Under the pieces are notes generated by a model. That model did not search any database. It saw only the letters and a list, made by a program, of their open reading frames with translations, and had not been told where the DNA came from. DNA of 64,000 bases from an uncultured Candidatus Binatia bacterium (lineage in GTDB: Bacteria; Desulfobacterota; Binatia; UBA9968; JAJDTQ01): NCBI GenBank assembly GCA_964291295.2, contig OZ219754.1, positions 2,048,001-2,112,000 on the forward strand, read 5' to 3'. Shown in pieces: positions 54,441 through 64,000 of this stretch. The position numbers and the translations under genes are program-made. Numbering within the stretch: the stretch's first letter is position 1; each line of letters opens with the position of its first letter.

Positions 54441-54706
54441 TCAAAAGGGTCCACCCGGATAGCCCGGCACCACCACCTCCGTGTTCCGGGGCAGCGCTGC
54501 CTTGCTGACGACCAGGGGCCGTCCGGCACGATCCGCGCCGGAAAGCCGTCGGCGAACAGGCGCACCCGATGGAGATCGTCGCGGTAGTGCATGGGGGTCG
54601 CCACCTTCGGCTTGAGCTGCCCGACCACCTCGCGGGCGGTGTGCGGCCCCATGGTGGTGCGACCGCCGATGGGCACCCGTGCCACATTCACCTTCACCCG
54701 GGTCAT
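54441..54706 (-). pseudogene. Remnant of an MBL-fold Zn-dependent hydrolase (C-terminal part, frameshifted)
   Basis: VPIGGRTTMGPHTAREVVGQLKPKVATPMHY. The plausible continuation LVVSKAALPRNTEVVV is in another frame. No N-terminal HxHxDH half. Confidence 0.65.
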
Positions 54707-54743
54707 TCACCGGCGGCACGCATCATTCCGCAATGCGCTCCGG

Positions 54744-54773
54744 TTGACAAACGGCTTGCCACTGCCCTAGAAG
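54744..54773 (+). promoter_or_regulatory. Possible sigma70 promoter of the ABC operon
   Basis: TTGACA-N18-TAGAAG. Confidence 0.4.
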
Positions 54774-54843
54774 GGCCTTGCCTGCGTGCGGGCCGCCCGC
54801 CCCAGGCTTCCGCGCAAGTCATACCCGAGAGGAGGAAATTCCC

Positions 54844-55887
54844 ATGAAGTCGATCTGTCTGATTGTCGCGCTGCTCTTCCTGTGCGTCACCGTCGCGTGG
54901 GGGCAGAGCGCCACCCTCAAGGAGCTGGCCAACTACACGGGCCCGGCGGCGGACTACGAGAAGATGCTGCATGCGGGCGCCAGGAAGGAAGGAAAGGTGG
55001 TCTGGTACACGTCGCTCGGCGGCAAGTCGTGGAAGACCATCAGGGCGGCTTTCGCCAGGAAATATCCTGACGTGAAGATCGAGGTCTATCGCGCGGGCAG
55101 CAAGGACATTTCGTCCAAGGTCTTTGCCGAGGCCAAGGCCGGGAAACATCTTGCGGACGCCACCGAGACCACGCCCGGGGTCCTGCAGCTGTTCCGCGAG
55201 GCGAAGATCATCGTGCCTTACACCAGCCCGGAGCACGCGAGGTGGCCGGATGAGCACCAGACCAAGGCCGGGAGCGGCGGGGTCTGGTGGGTCACCGACC
55301 GCGAGTCCTTCATCGGGCTGGGCTACAACACCAGGAAGCTGTCCGGGGAACAGGCGCCCAAGAGCTTCGACGAACTCCTGAACCCGGCTCTCAAGGGCAA
55401 GATCGTCATGAGCATTCTCAGCACCGGCGACCGGATGCTGGGTACCATGCTGAAGGTAAAGGGGCCGGAATACATCGAGAAGCTCAAGAAGCAGGAGGTC
55501 AAGCTCGCGAAGATCTCGGGCACGGCCACGCGCGACCTGATCATCTCGGGCGAGTTCGTCGCCTCACCCACGGTCTTCCGCAACCACGCACTGGTGAAGA
55601 TCAACGAGGGGGCGCCGCTGGGGTGGAATTCGCTGGACGAAGTCCCGACCAACGCCGGTGGCTCCTCGCTGTTCGCCAACGCACCGCACCCCCATGCCGC
55701 GCTGCTGCTGATCCACTTCGTCCTCACCGAGGGGCAGGAGGTTCTGCAGAAGTTCCACTACGGCATGGCGTGGAAGGACTACCCGTTCAAGCGCGTGTAT
55801 CCCGAACGGGGTTTGAGCGCGTCACAGTACAACAGGAAGCTCAAGGAGTGGAACAAGTTGCTCCGTTCCATCGGCCGCCGGGGCTGA
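54844..55887 (+). CDS. ABC substrate-binding protein (Fe3+/thiamine-like class)
   Basis: Signal peptide, KEGKVVWYTS, LLNPALKGK, APHPHAALL, EGQ. Confidence 0.85.
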   Translation: MKSICLIVALLFLCVTVAWGQSATLKELANYTGPAADYEKMLHAGARKEGKVVWYTSLGGKSWKTIRAAFARKYPDVKIEVYRAGSKDISSKVFAEAKAGKHLADATETTPGVLQLFREAKIIVPYTSPEHARWPDEHQTKAGSGGVWWVTDRESFIGLGYNTRKLSGEQAPKSFDELLNPALKGKIVMSILSTGDRMLGTMLKVKGPEYIEKLKKQEVKLAKISGTATRDLIISGEFVASPTVFRNHALVKINEGAPLGWNSLDEVPTNAGGSSLFANAPHPHAALLLIHFVLTEGQEVLQKFHYGMAWKDYPFKRVYPERGLSASQYNRKLKEWNKLLRSIGRRG

Positions 55888-56019
55888 CCGGTTTCCGTGT
55901 TCCGTTCGATCACGCTCGAACTGTTCCGGCACGGGGCCGGCAGCTACGACCTGGCCCCGTGCCGCGCTGGGTGCGAATGAGCGGGCTGGTGCGTGCAGGC
56001 CGGTGGAGGAATTGAGCAT

Positions 56020-57795
56020 TTGAGCAAGGATCAGGCAGTTTCCGGGGGGCAGGGAACGACCGGCGGCGGTTCCCGGATGCTCCTGGACATGCTGCGTCCA
56101 GACAGGCAGGGGCGTGACTACCCGCTGTGGTTGTTCATCCCCTGTGCACTGGCGCTGCTGTACCTCGTGGTTCCGCCGCTGGCGTTCATCTTCTATACGA
56201 GCCTCGTTCCGTCCCTCGACTCCGGGATCATCGGCCTCACGTTCCAGAACTTCTTCAACATCTTCGAGTCCCTCGCGGAGTTCGAAACCCTGGTCTGGAA
56301 CTCCCTGGTGTTCTCCGTGGGCAGCGCCCTATGGGCACTGTTGTTCGGAACGGTGATGGCGTGGCTGGCGGAGCGGACCAACGCGCCGTTCCGCATGGTG
56401 ACCTATGTGGCGGCCTTCGTGTCGTTCGCCGTGCCCGGGCTGATCAAGGTCATCGGCTGGATCCTGCTGCTGGGGCCGGAGGCCGGGTTCATCAACCTGT
56501 CCGTGAAGTGGCTTACGGGGTTCGGCCCGATCTTCGACATCTTCTCCATGAGCGGCATGGTGCTGGTGGAAGGATTCCTTTGGACGCCCATCGTCTTTCT
56601 GCTCATGGCGACGCCGTTCCGGTCCATGGATCCGTCCCTGGAGGAGGCCGCGGTGGTGGCCGGCAGCACGGACTGGCAGGTGTTCTGGAAGGTCACCTTT
56701 CCCATGGCCATGCCCAGCGTCCTGTCGGTGCTGATCCTGACGTTCATCCGCAGCCTGGAAGCCTTCGAGATTCCGGCGCTGGTGGGCCTGCCCGCGGGCA
56801 TCGAGGTGATGACCACGCAGATCTACCTTGAGTTGAGCGAGGGGTACATACCCGAGTACGGCAACGCCAGTGCCTATTCGGTGCTGCTCATCGGCCTGGT
56901 GGGGCTGTGCCTGCTGCCCTACTATCGCGTGACCCAGCACGCACACCGATTCACCACCATCACCGGCAAGGGGTTCCAGCCGCGGCGCAAGGAGCTGGGC
57001 CGGTGGCGCTGGCTGGGCGGCGTCGCCTTGCTGGGACTGCCGGCACTCCAGCTCCTGCCGCTGACGGCCCTCGTCTGGGCGAGCTTCATGCCCTACCTCG
57101 TGGTGCCCTCGTGGCAGGCCCTCTCCCTGTTCACGCTGAACAACTACGTGGAGGCGTTCAGCGACGACAAGATCCTGCGCTCCATCCTGAACAATCTCAC
57201 CATCAGCATCGTTTCCGCCACCGCCTGCGTGGGCGTGGCGTTCATCACGGCCTGGCTGGTGACGCGCACCCGGATCAAGCTGCGCTGGAGTCTGGACCGG
57301 CTCACCATGGTGCCGCTGGTGTTCCCGGGAATCGTCATGGGGGTGGCTATCCTGCAGACCTACCTGACGGTTCCGATTCCGGTCTACGGCACCATCTGGA
57401 TCATGGTCATCGCCTTCGCCGCCCGCTATCTCCCGTACGCAATGCGGTTCAGCCACGCGGGTCTCATCGGTATCCACAAGGAGCTGGAGGAGAGTGCCAC
57501 CACCAGCGGCGCGAGTTGGGGCAACGTCGCCCGCAAGATCATGATCCCGCTGATGATGCCGGCCCTGTTCGCCGGATGGATCTACATCTTTCTCATCACC
57601 ATCCGGGAGCTGTCGGTGGCTCTGCTGCTCTACAGCCCCGGTTCCGAGGTGATCTCCGTGGTCATCTGGGAGCTCTGGGAGAACGGCGCCGTGGGCACCC
57701 TGTCGGCCTTCGCCTTGGGCATCAGTGCCGGCACCGTGCTGCTCGCGAGCTTCTTCTACAGCCTCAGCCGCCGTCACGGCCTGGACGTCCGGTAG
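56020..57795 (+). CDS. ABC permease, duplicated domain (FbpB/ThiP-like)
   Basis: GGAGGA RBS with TTG start, two EAA motifs (LEEAAVVAG, LEESATTSGA). Confidence 0.88.
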   Translation: MSKDQAVSGGQGTTGGGSRMLLDMLRPDRQGRDYPLWLFIPCALALLYLVVPPLAFIFYTSLVPSLDSGIIGLTFQNFFNIFESLAEFETLVWNSLVFSVGSALWALLFGTVMAWLAERTNAPFRMVTYVAAFVSFAVPGLIKVIGWILLLGPEAGFINLSVKWLTGFGPIFDIFSMSGMVLVEGFLWTPIVFLLMATPFRSMDPSLEEAAVVAGSTDWQVFWKVTFPMAMPSVLSVLILTFIRSLEAFEIPALVGLPAGIEVMTTQIYLELSEGYIPEYGNASAYSVLLIGLVGLCLLPYYRVTQHAHRFTTITGKGFQPRRKELGRWRWLGGVALLGLPALQLLPLTALVWASFMPYLVVPSWQALSLFTLNNYVEAFSDDKILRSILNNLTISIVSATACVGVAFITAWLVTRTRIKLRWSLDRLTMVPLVFPGIVMGVAILQTYLTVPIPVYGTIWIMVIAFAARYLPYAMRFSHAGLIGIHKELEESATTSGASWGNVARKIMIPLMMPALFAGWIYIFLITIRELSVALLLYSPGSEVISVVIWELWENGAVGTLSAFALGISAGTVLLASFFYSLSRRHGLDVR

Positions 57796-57844
57796 CGCCG
57801 GGGTCTCCGGCACGCCGCAGGAGACAGGGCGCCGTTGGCGGCGA

Positions 57845-58678
57845 CTATCCGATGGGGTGGCGCGCGAGAAAATCTTCCAGCGCGGTCAGTGCGCCGGTGC
57901 CGTCCCAGAAGGTCATGTGGCGTACGCCGGGAATCAACGCCAGCTCCGCTCCGGGTATGGCATGGCCCAGCCGCGTGGCCGTGTCCACCGGTGTGCTGCC
58001 GCGCCTTTCCACCTTGTCGTCCTGGCCGCACAGTACCAGCGTGGGTACCTTGACCCGCGGCGCGGCGGCCAGCGTATCCCAAGTGACGCGTGCGCGTTCG
58101 TGGCGGCGGAACATCTCCACGGTGGACTGTCCGGACCAGAGGGCGTCCGCAAGGGCGGCGGCCACCGCCCGGTTGACCTGGTAGCGGACGGGGTTGAACG
58201 CCATGCCGTCGTTGTCCACGTGAGAGCGGATGTATGGCTCGAACCCCATTTCCCGGATGCGCGCGTGTGTTTCGGGGGAGCAGTCCCGCATGCCGCCACC
58301 GAGGGTTCGGGAACCGGGGCCGGTCGCGGCCATGGTGAGTGTCGCCACCAGGTCCGGTCGGGCGATGGCCAGGGCCTGGAGGATCTGGCCGCCGATGGCG
58401 AACCCCACCACATGGCAGCGCGTGATTCCGAGATGTGCCAACAGCGCGGCGCAGTCCTCGGCGAACCGGCTCACGGTATAGCCGTCCTCCGGGGCGCTGC
58501 TGCGTCCGGTGCCCCGGCAGTCCATGAGGAGGGTCTCACGGTGCCGGCTCAACGTGGGAACCACCTGGATTTTCCAGGGGTCCGACGGCCACCATGAGGC
58601 GGGAACCAGCAACACCGGTTCTCCGGCTCCCTGCCGTTCGTAGTAGAGTTCCAGTCCGTCCAGCGTGGCCTTGGGCAT
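57845..58678 (-). CDS. Alpha/beta hydrolase with Ala at the nucleophile position (RutD-like)
   Basis: YYERQGAGEP, DCRGTGRS, GFAIGG elbow, PTLVLCGQDD, C-terminal His. Confidence 0.8.
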   Translation of the reverse strand: MPKATLDGLELYYERQGAGEPVLLVPASWWPSDPWKIQVVPTLSRHRETLLMDCRGTGRSSAPEDGYTVSRFAEDCAALLAHLGITRCHVVGFAIGGQILQALAIARPDLVATLTMAATGPGSRTLGGGMRDCSPETHARIREMGFEPYIRSHVDNDGMAFNPVRYQVNRAVAAALADALWSGQSTVEMFRRHERARVTWDTLAAAPRVKVPTLVLCGQDDKVERRGSTPVDTATRLGHAIPGAELALIPGVRHMTFWDGTGALTALEDFLARHPIG

Positions 58679-58812
58679 TGCAGTCTCCGATCCGAATGTT
58701 CCGCGCGGGCGGCCGGACCGCCGGCACTCCGTGCACGCGTCCGTCGACAGGAGAGGTGGCACGGCCGCGCCCGGAACCGGCAAGGGCGGGAGGCGGACCG
58801 TCCGGACCCCAG

Positions 58813-60075
58813 CTACTGCCGCCCCGGGCCGGCGGCCGGCGCATCGGAGCGCAGCAGTTCGAGGGTCTCCTGCCGCGGAAAGCCATCCACGCGCCGGCGC
58901 TTCTTCGCCTGATAGTCCCGTATCGCGGCGCGGGTTCTGGGGCCGATGATGCCGTCGATCTCGCCGATGTCATATCCTCGGGCGGCCAGCAGACGCTGTA
59001 ACTCCCTGCGGTCCGCCTCGGCCATGGGAGCGACGCCGTCGGGCCAGGCAAGGGCGGGTTCGTCGCTGCGCATGCGGTCCGCGAGATGTCCGATCGCCAG
59101 AGCGTATTTCCGCGCCGGGTTGTAGCGCATGATGACGCGAAAGTTCCGGCGCAACAGGAAAGCGGGCCCTTGAATTCCCGCCGGAAGGTAGAGGCGGGCT
59201 GGTTCCTCCCGGTGGGGGAATGCTCCGCCGCCGGCGCGCCGAACGCCCATTCGCTCCCACGCCGCCAACCCTCTTTCGCCCCGGCGGCCGGTGAGGCCGG
59301 CGTCAAACCCTTCCGGCAGCAGAACCCGGTGCCCCCAGGGCCGGCCCGGGAGCCAGCCGTTCCGGCGCAGGTAGTTGGCCGTGGACGCCAGCGCGTCCTG
59401 CGGCGTTTCCCAGATATCGCGGCGTCCGTCGCCGGTGAAGTCCACCGCGTAGGCGGTGTAGCTGGTGGGAATGAACTGCGTGTGGCCCATGGCCCCCGCC
59501 CAGGAACCGGTCATGCGCTCGACGGTGATGTCCCCCGCCTTGAGGATCTCCAGGGCGGCCAGCAGCTGGTTCCGTCCGAATCGGGTCCTGCGCCCCTTGT
59601 AGGCCAAAGTGGAAAGCGAGCGGATGACATTGTGCTGGCCGCGCCGCGCTCCATACAGTGTCTCCATGCCCCAGATGGCCGCAAGCACGTGGCGGTCCAC
59701 GCCGTACCGCCGTTCGATTCGCCCCAGGGCGGAGGCATGTTCGGAGAGCTTGCGCCGCCCCTGGCGGACACGCGTATCGGTCACCACCAGTGCCATGTAG
59801 TGGGAGGCGGCCAGAACAAACTCGGGCTGGCGGTTGTTTCTCTCGATCACCTCGGGGTCGGGCGTCAGGCCGCGGAACGCATGGTCGTAGAGTGCCTCGG
59901 GAATGCCCCGGCGTCGTGCCACGACGCGGAATTCACGGACGAAGACGCGGTAGGCCGCCTGGTCGGAGATCGGCGGCCGGATCGCGAACCCCGGCGCCGG
60001 GGCGTCGGCGGCCACGACCGCCGGCACGAGGGCCGCCAGAACCATCGCGGGCCGGCAGAAGTCCTTTGCGATCAT
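58813..60075 (-). CDS. Lytic murein transglycosylase (MltB family) with a PG-binding domain
   Basis: QPEF, AIWGMET, GSWAGAMGHTQFIP, DFTGDGRRD, YN, DGIIGPRTRAAI. Confidence 0.92.
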   Translation of the reverse strand: MIAKDFCRPAMVLAALVPAVVAADAPAPGFAIRPPISDQAAYRVFVREFRVVARRRGIPEALYDHAFRGLTPDPEVIERNNRQPEFVLAASHYMALVVTDTRVRQGRRKLSEHASALGRIERRYGVDRHVLAAIWGMETLYGARRGQHNVIRSLSTLAYKGRRTRFGRNQLLAALEILKAGDITVERMTGSWAGAMGHTQFIPTSYTAYAVDFTGDGRRDIWETPQDALASTANYLRRNGWLPGRPWGHRVLLPEGFDAGLTGRRGERGLAAWERMGVRRAGGGAFPHREEPARLYLPAGIQGPAFLLRRNFRVIMRYNPARKYALAIGHLADRMRSDEPALAWPDGVAPMAEADRRELQRLLAARGYDIGEIDGIIGPRTRAAIRDYQAKKRRRVDGFPRQETLELLRSDAPAAGPGRQ

Positions 60076-60334
60076 GCCGCGGGATGCATGCGGGCCGGCT
60101 CCACCGCTCCGGTGAAGCGCCCGAAGATTCCTTCTCCTCCGTCCGCCATCAGATACCTCCTCGGGTCACTGTGATCGTTGTCGCCACCGAAAGCAACAGA
60201 CCCTTGACGAGCGTGCGCGACCCCTCCGAGGCCATGCCGCAGGTTTGCCCAACGCATCCGTTCCGGCTATGTTCGGAGCGGCGTTGCGCTCCGCACGCCG
60301 ATGGCAGCCACATCATGCGAGAGGAGACCTCACC

Positions 60335-61195
60335 ATGCCCAGACCGCGTCCCATCAAGTGGCCGGACAATGCGAAGATATGCGTCACATTCATCATTCCC
60401 TGGGAGGTGTGGCCGGCCAACTACGCCACACGGGGCTCGCTTCAGCGGGTCAGTCACCCGCTGCCGCCGGAGAACGCGGTATTCAAGCAGAACATGGCCG
60501 CCGTCACCGAGCGGGAGTACGGTGACCGGGTGGGCATCTGGCGCATCATGGACATGTTCGAGCGGCACAATCTCAAGGTCACCTTCCTGATGAATGGCAA
60601 GAAGGTGGAGCAGTTCCCCGACGAGGTGAGGGAGTTCCAGTCCCGGGGGCACGAGTTTTCCTCGGAGTGCTACGAGCACGAGTACGCTTTCATGTATACC
60701 CGGGAGGAGGAGCGCAAGTCGATTCAGGACACGGTGGCCGCCTTCAGGAAGGTTCTGGGGGCGCCTCCGACGGGTTACCTGTCTCCCGGCCATGCCTCCA
60801 CGGACAATACGCTGGAATTGGTGGCGGAGGCGGGGTTCGTCTGGTGGGCCGATCCGCTCAACTCGGATGTTCCCTACACCGTGGAGTCCGGCGGCCGGAA
60901 GGTCGCCGTGGTGCCCTACAACGTGCCCGGGTGCAACGACTACTCGACCTACGGCGGCGGCCGCACGCCCCGGGACCTGCTTCAGATCATGAAGGACCAG
61001 TTCGATTACCTCTACTGGGAGGGGGAGCAGGGTGCGCCGAAGTTCTTCGCGTTCAATCTGCACCCGTTCGTTTCCGGCGTGCCCTACCGCACCCGGATCG
61101 TGGACGAGTTCATCAAGTACGCCAAGGGCTTTCCCGACGTCTGGTTTGCCAGGAGGCTGGAGATCGCCAACTGGACTCTGGAGCAGGGCTTCTGA
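60335..61195 (+). CDS. Polysaccharide deacetylase / PuuE allantoinase-like enzyme
   Basis: WPDNAK, EYGDRVGIWRI, GHE, DQFDYLYWEG, LHPFVSG, DVWFA. Confidence 0.85.
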   Translation: MPRPRPIKWPDNAKICVTFIIPWEVWPANYATRGSLQRVSHPLPPENAVFKQNMAAVTEREYGDRVGIWRIMDMFERHNLKVTFLMNGKKVEQFPDEVREFQSRGHEFSSECYEHEYAFMYTREEERKSIQDTVAAFRKVLGAPPTGYLSPGHASTDNTLELVAEAGFVWWADPLNSDVPYTVESGGRKVAVVPYNVPGCNDYSTYGGGRTPRDLLQIMKDQFDYLYWEGEQGAPKFFAFNLHPFVSGVPYRTRIVDEFIKYAKGFPDVWFARRLEIANWTLEQGF

Positions 61196-61206
61196 CACCG
61201 GCCCGG

Positions 61207-61953
61207 TCACGGTTCGAAATCCTGCCGGCGTGGCGAAAGGACGCCGGCGTCTCCGAGTTCGAGGGTCCGGCCGTACAGCCCGCTCGCACGGTCGCTGAGA
61301 AGGAACGCCGCCACGGCGGCCACCTCCACGGCCGAGAGCGTTGCGGTCGGAGCAAAGCCCGCCGGCCCCGCCCCGGGGACCACGGGTCGGCGCACCGGCC
61401 CGGGCACCAGCACATTCAGGATCACGTTCTCCCGGGCCGCCTCCCCGGCGGCGGAGCGGAGCCATGCGTGCAGCGCGGCGCTGGCCACCGAATGGACGTG
61501 TCTGTCGATGCCATTGCGTTCGGTCGGGTACGGAATCATCCAGAGCACGCGGCCCCACCGCCGGCGCCGCATGCCGGGCAGGACCGTCTCCGTCGCCGCC
61601 TTGAACCGCAGGAAGCCGTTTTCGAGTTGTGAACTCCAGGAGAGCGTACGCCCGTCTTCCGGCAACACCGGCCGGGCGATCCCGAACAGGATGTCGATGG
61701 CGCCGAATTCGGCTGCGACGCGGTCCACGAGGGCGGCGGCCGATGGTTCGTCCCGCGCGTCCAGCCGGTATCCCGCCGTCCGGACGCCGCCGCCCGCCGC
61801 CGCCTCGGCCGCGACGCGGCGTGCGGCCCAGTCCTTGCGGGCGCACACGGCGACGTTGGCGCCCTCGGTCGCCAGAGTTCCAGCCACTGCCCGGCCGATG
61901 CCGCGGGAGCCGCCGAAGACCAGGGCGCTTCTGCCCTTGATGCCGAGATCCAC
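61207..61953 (-). CDS. Divergent SDR-family oxidoreductase
   Basis: DLGIKGRSALVFGGSRGIG Rossmann start, LPGMRRRRWGR, AFLLSDRAS. Catalytic motifs are eroded. Confidence 0.75.
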   Translation of the reverse strand: MDLGIKGRSALVFGGSRGIGRAVAGTLATEGANVAVCARKDWAARRVAAEAAAGGGVRTAGYRLDARDEPSAAALVDRVAAEFGAIDILFGIARPVLPEDGRTLSWSSQLENGFLRFKAATETVLPGMRRRRWGRVLWMIPYPTERNGIDRHVHSVASAALHAWLRSAAGEAARENVILNVLVPGPVRRPVVPGAGPAGFAPTATLSAVEVAAVAAFLLSDRASGLYGRTLELGDAGVLSPRRQDFEP

Positions 61954-62091
61954 GACCGTCAGCAACGCGAGCGCCGCAAAGGGCCTGCCGGCGCCGCGTC
62001 TTGCGAAGCGCGGGCCATCCACCCCCGGCACGGCCCGGCCGGGAAACCGTCGCTGCACGCTGATCCATCCATGGCGCCTCCCCACCCTCCA

Positions 62092-63876
62092 TCACACCGT
62101 GAGCTTCAGGGGCCGCTCTCCGGCCAGTTCGCTCACCAGTTCCATTTCCCTGAGCACCATTTCGGCAAAGTATCCGTCCCGCCGAGCCAGTTCCGCGGGC
62201 GTGCCGTGTTCCACGATCTTCCCGTGCCGCAGACAGATGACGCGGTCCACGTGACGCAGCGCGGACAGTCGGTGTGCGATGACGATGACCGTCCGTCCCC
62301 GCGCCAGCGCGCGGATGTTCTCCTGGATCCGGGCCTCGTGCTGCTTGTCCAACGAACTCGTGGCCTCGTCCAGGATCAACAGGCTCTTCCAATGGAACAA
62401 TGCGCGGGCCAGCGCCATGCGCTGACGCTCGCCGCCCGAGAGCCGCATCCCGCGGGCGCCGATGCGGGTGGCATAGCCCTTGGGCGTCCGGGTGATGAAC
62501 TCGTGGGCGCATGCCGCCTTGGCCGCCGCCTCAACCAGGACCATCTGCTGCCGGGCCGGTCCCAGCGCGATATTGTCGGCGACGCTGCGCCGGAAGATCG
62601 GATAGTCCTGCTCCACCGCGCCGATGTGACTGCGGACCCAGGCGGGGTCCGCGGCGGTGGCATCCACGCCGTCCAGCAATACGCGGCCTTCGGACGCCAG
62701 ATAGAGTCTCTGCACCAGGCGGCCGACGGTGCTCTTGCCCGAACCCGACGGGCCCACGACGCCCAGGGTCTCACCGGGTTTCACCTCGAAGGTCACCCCG
62801 TCCAACGCCGCCCGGTCTCCGTCCGGATAGCGGAAACGCACGTCTTCAAACCGTATACCTCCCTTGAAGGGCGGCGGCCGGACGTGAGGGCGGCTCGGGT
62901 GCTCCGGGGGTTCGTCCAGTACCGTCGACAGCTCCTTCACCAGGCCCCGCAGCCGGGAAAAGTCGTAGGCGAACAGACACAGGCGCATCATCGGCTGGGA
63001 GAAACGCATGTTCACCAGATTGACGGCCACCATCTGTCCGAGGGTAAGGTGCCCGTCGAGCACCATCGATGCTCCGAACCACAGCAGACCGGCGGTGCCG
63101 AAGCGGTTCACGAACTGGTTGTACTGGGTCATGGACTCCCGCAGGTTCTGCGTATCCTCCTCGGACGACACGGCCTCGTCCACCTGCCGCACGAGGAAAG
63201 CCTCCTGGGCCTGTTCCTCGTGCATGCCCTTCACGGTTTCGATGCCGTTGATGGTGTCGAGCACGGCTTCATTGCTTTCACGGCGGCTGCCCTTGGTTTG
63301 TTGGCTCCGTCGCCGCAGGGTGGGCATCACCATGAAGGCCGGGGCGATGTACAAGGGTAGACAGGCCAGGATGATGGCGGAAAGGACAAGGCTGAAATGG
63401 AGCATCAGCGCCAGGAACACCAGCACGAACACCATGTCCACGAAGACAAACACCACCGCGTTGGTCAGGAACCGGCGCAGGTGCTGCAGTTCTTCGATGC
63501 GGGAGAGGGTCTCCACGGCCGTGTTGCGCAGGTAGAACGAGGCGGGAAGTTCCAGGGAGTGGCGGACGAGTCTTGAGAGCAGCGTGCGGTCCATGTCCCG
63601 CACCGCCCGGCGCAGCGCCTTGTGGCGGGCGTACCGGAGCACCGCCTCGAAGCCCAGGAAGAACAGCAGGCTCACGACAATGACGTCGAGGGTGGCGGTG
63701 CCGCGGTTGGCCAGGACCTTGTCGATGATGATCAGGAAGGCGAAAGGGTAGATGTAGCCCAGGAGGTTGACGAAGAAGGACGCCGCCACCAACGGCCCGA
63801 AGACGGCCTTGTGCTCAAGCAGATGGTCGGCAATGGACCGCAGCGTGAAGGATGAACCCGGCGCGCCGTCAGCCAT
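62092..63876 (-). CDS. Type I secretion ABC transporter (HlyB-like, no C39 domain)
   Basis: IIDKVL, GIETVK, GPSGSGKST, LSGGERQR, ILDEATSSLD, IAHRLS. Confidence 0.88.
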   Translation of the reverse strand: MADGAPGSSFTLRSIADHLLEHKAVFGPLVAASFFVNLLGYIYPFAFLIIIDKVLANRGTATLDVIVVSLLFFLGFEAVLRYARHKALRRAVRDMDRTLLSRLVRHSLELPASFYLRNTAVETLSRIEELQHLRRFLTNAVVFVFVDMVFVLVFLALMLHFSLVLSAIILACLPLYIAPAFMVMPTLRRRSQQTKGSRRESNEAVLDTINGIETVKGMHEEQAQEAFLVRQVDEAVSSEEDTQNLRESMTQYNQFVNRFGTAGLLWFGASMVLDGHLTLGQMVAVNLVNMRFSQPMMRLCLFAYDFSRLRGLVKELSTVLDEPPEHPSRPHVRPPPFKGGIRFEDVRFRYPDGDRAALDGVTFEVKPGETLGVVGPSGSGKSTVGRLVQRLYLASEGRVLLDGVDATAADPAWVRSHIGAVEQDYPIFRRSVADNIALGPARQQMVLVEAAAKAACAHEFITRTPKGYATRIGARGMRLSGGERQRMALARALFHWKSLLILDEATSSLDKQHEARIQENIRALARGRTVIVIAHRLSALRHVDRVICLRHGKIVEHGTPAELARRDGYFAEMVLREMELVSELAGERPLKLTV

Positions 63877-64000
63877 GCTTCGGGTCCCGGGAGTCGTTGC
63901 CGCCCACCAGCACGAGACCTTGAGCCGCGAGGCGCTTGACGAGCGCGGCGCGTGCGTTGTCGTCTGGTCCCGTGGCACTCGACGCCAGCGGCGACCATTG

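Noticed and set aside
53345-54706. 453-aa MBL-TAXI fusion protein
   Set aside because: The TAXI gene has its own RBS, ATG (54328) and signal peptide. The upstream part is a frameshifted remnant.

Overview
A GC-rich bacterial chromosome segment. The 16S rRNA and gene order look deltaproteobacterial, possibly Binatia-like (tentative). The left half is mostly housekeeping: carboxyltransferase, rng-phoU-phoB-phoR, HNH, smc-ftsY, zapB-zapA-(6S RNA)-ygfA-rny-tyrS, a complete rrn operon (16S-tRNAIle-tRNAAla-23S-5S), moeA-ispF and acs. The middle holds a heme-copper oxidase operon with assembly genes and small accessory ORFs. The right half is accessory transport and catabolism: an AfuABC-like ABC system with a phosphatase, nadX with a ThDP enzyme, MFS, RidA, an ECF sigma/anti-sigma/Spy module, TAXI-TRAP, a second ABC system, a hydrolase, a lytic transglycosylase, a PuuE-like enzyme, an SDR and a HlyB-like exporter. 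I found no CRISPR, IS or prophage. The most notable signals are non-coding: (1) an ECF-promoter-like motif GGAACC-N7-GTCTAA, with a spacer about one helical turn shorter than usual, upstream of both the ECF operon and its spy-like gene; (2) tandem NrdR-like boxes 32 bp apart upstream of smc; (3) two genes that appear to need CTG start codons; (4) repeated local triplications of 12-16 bp regulatory elements. All calls are from motif recognition by eye; no database searches were run.
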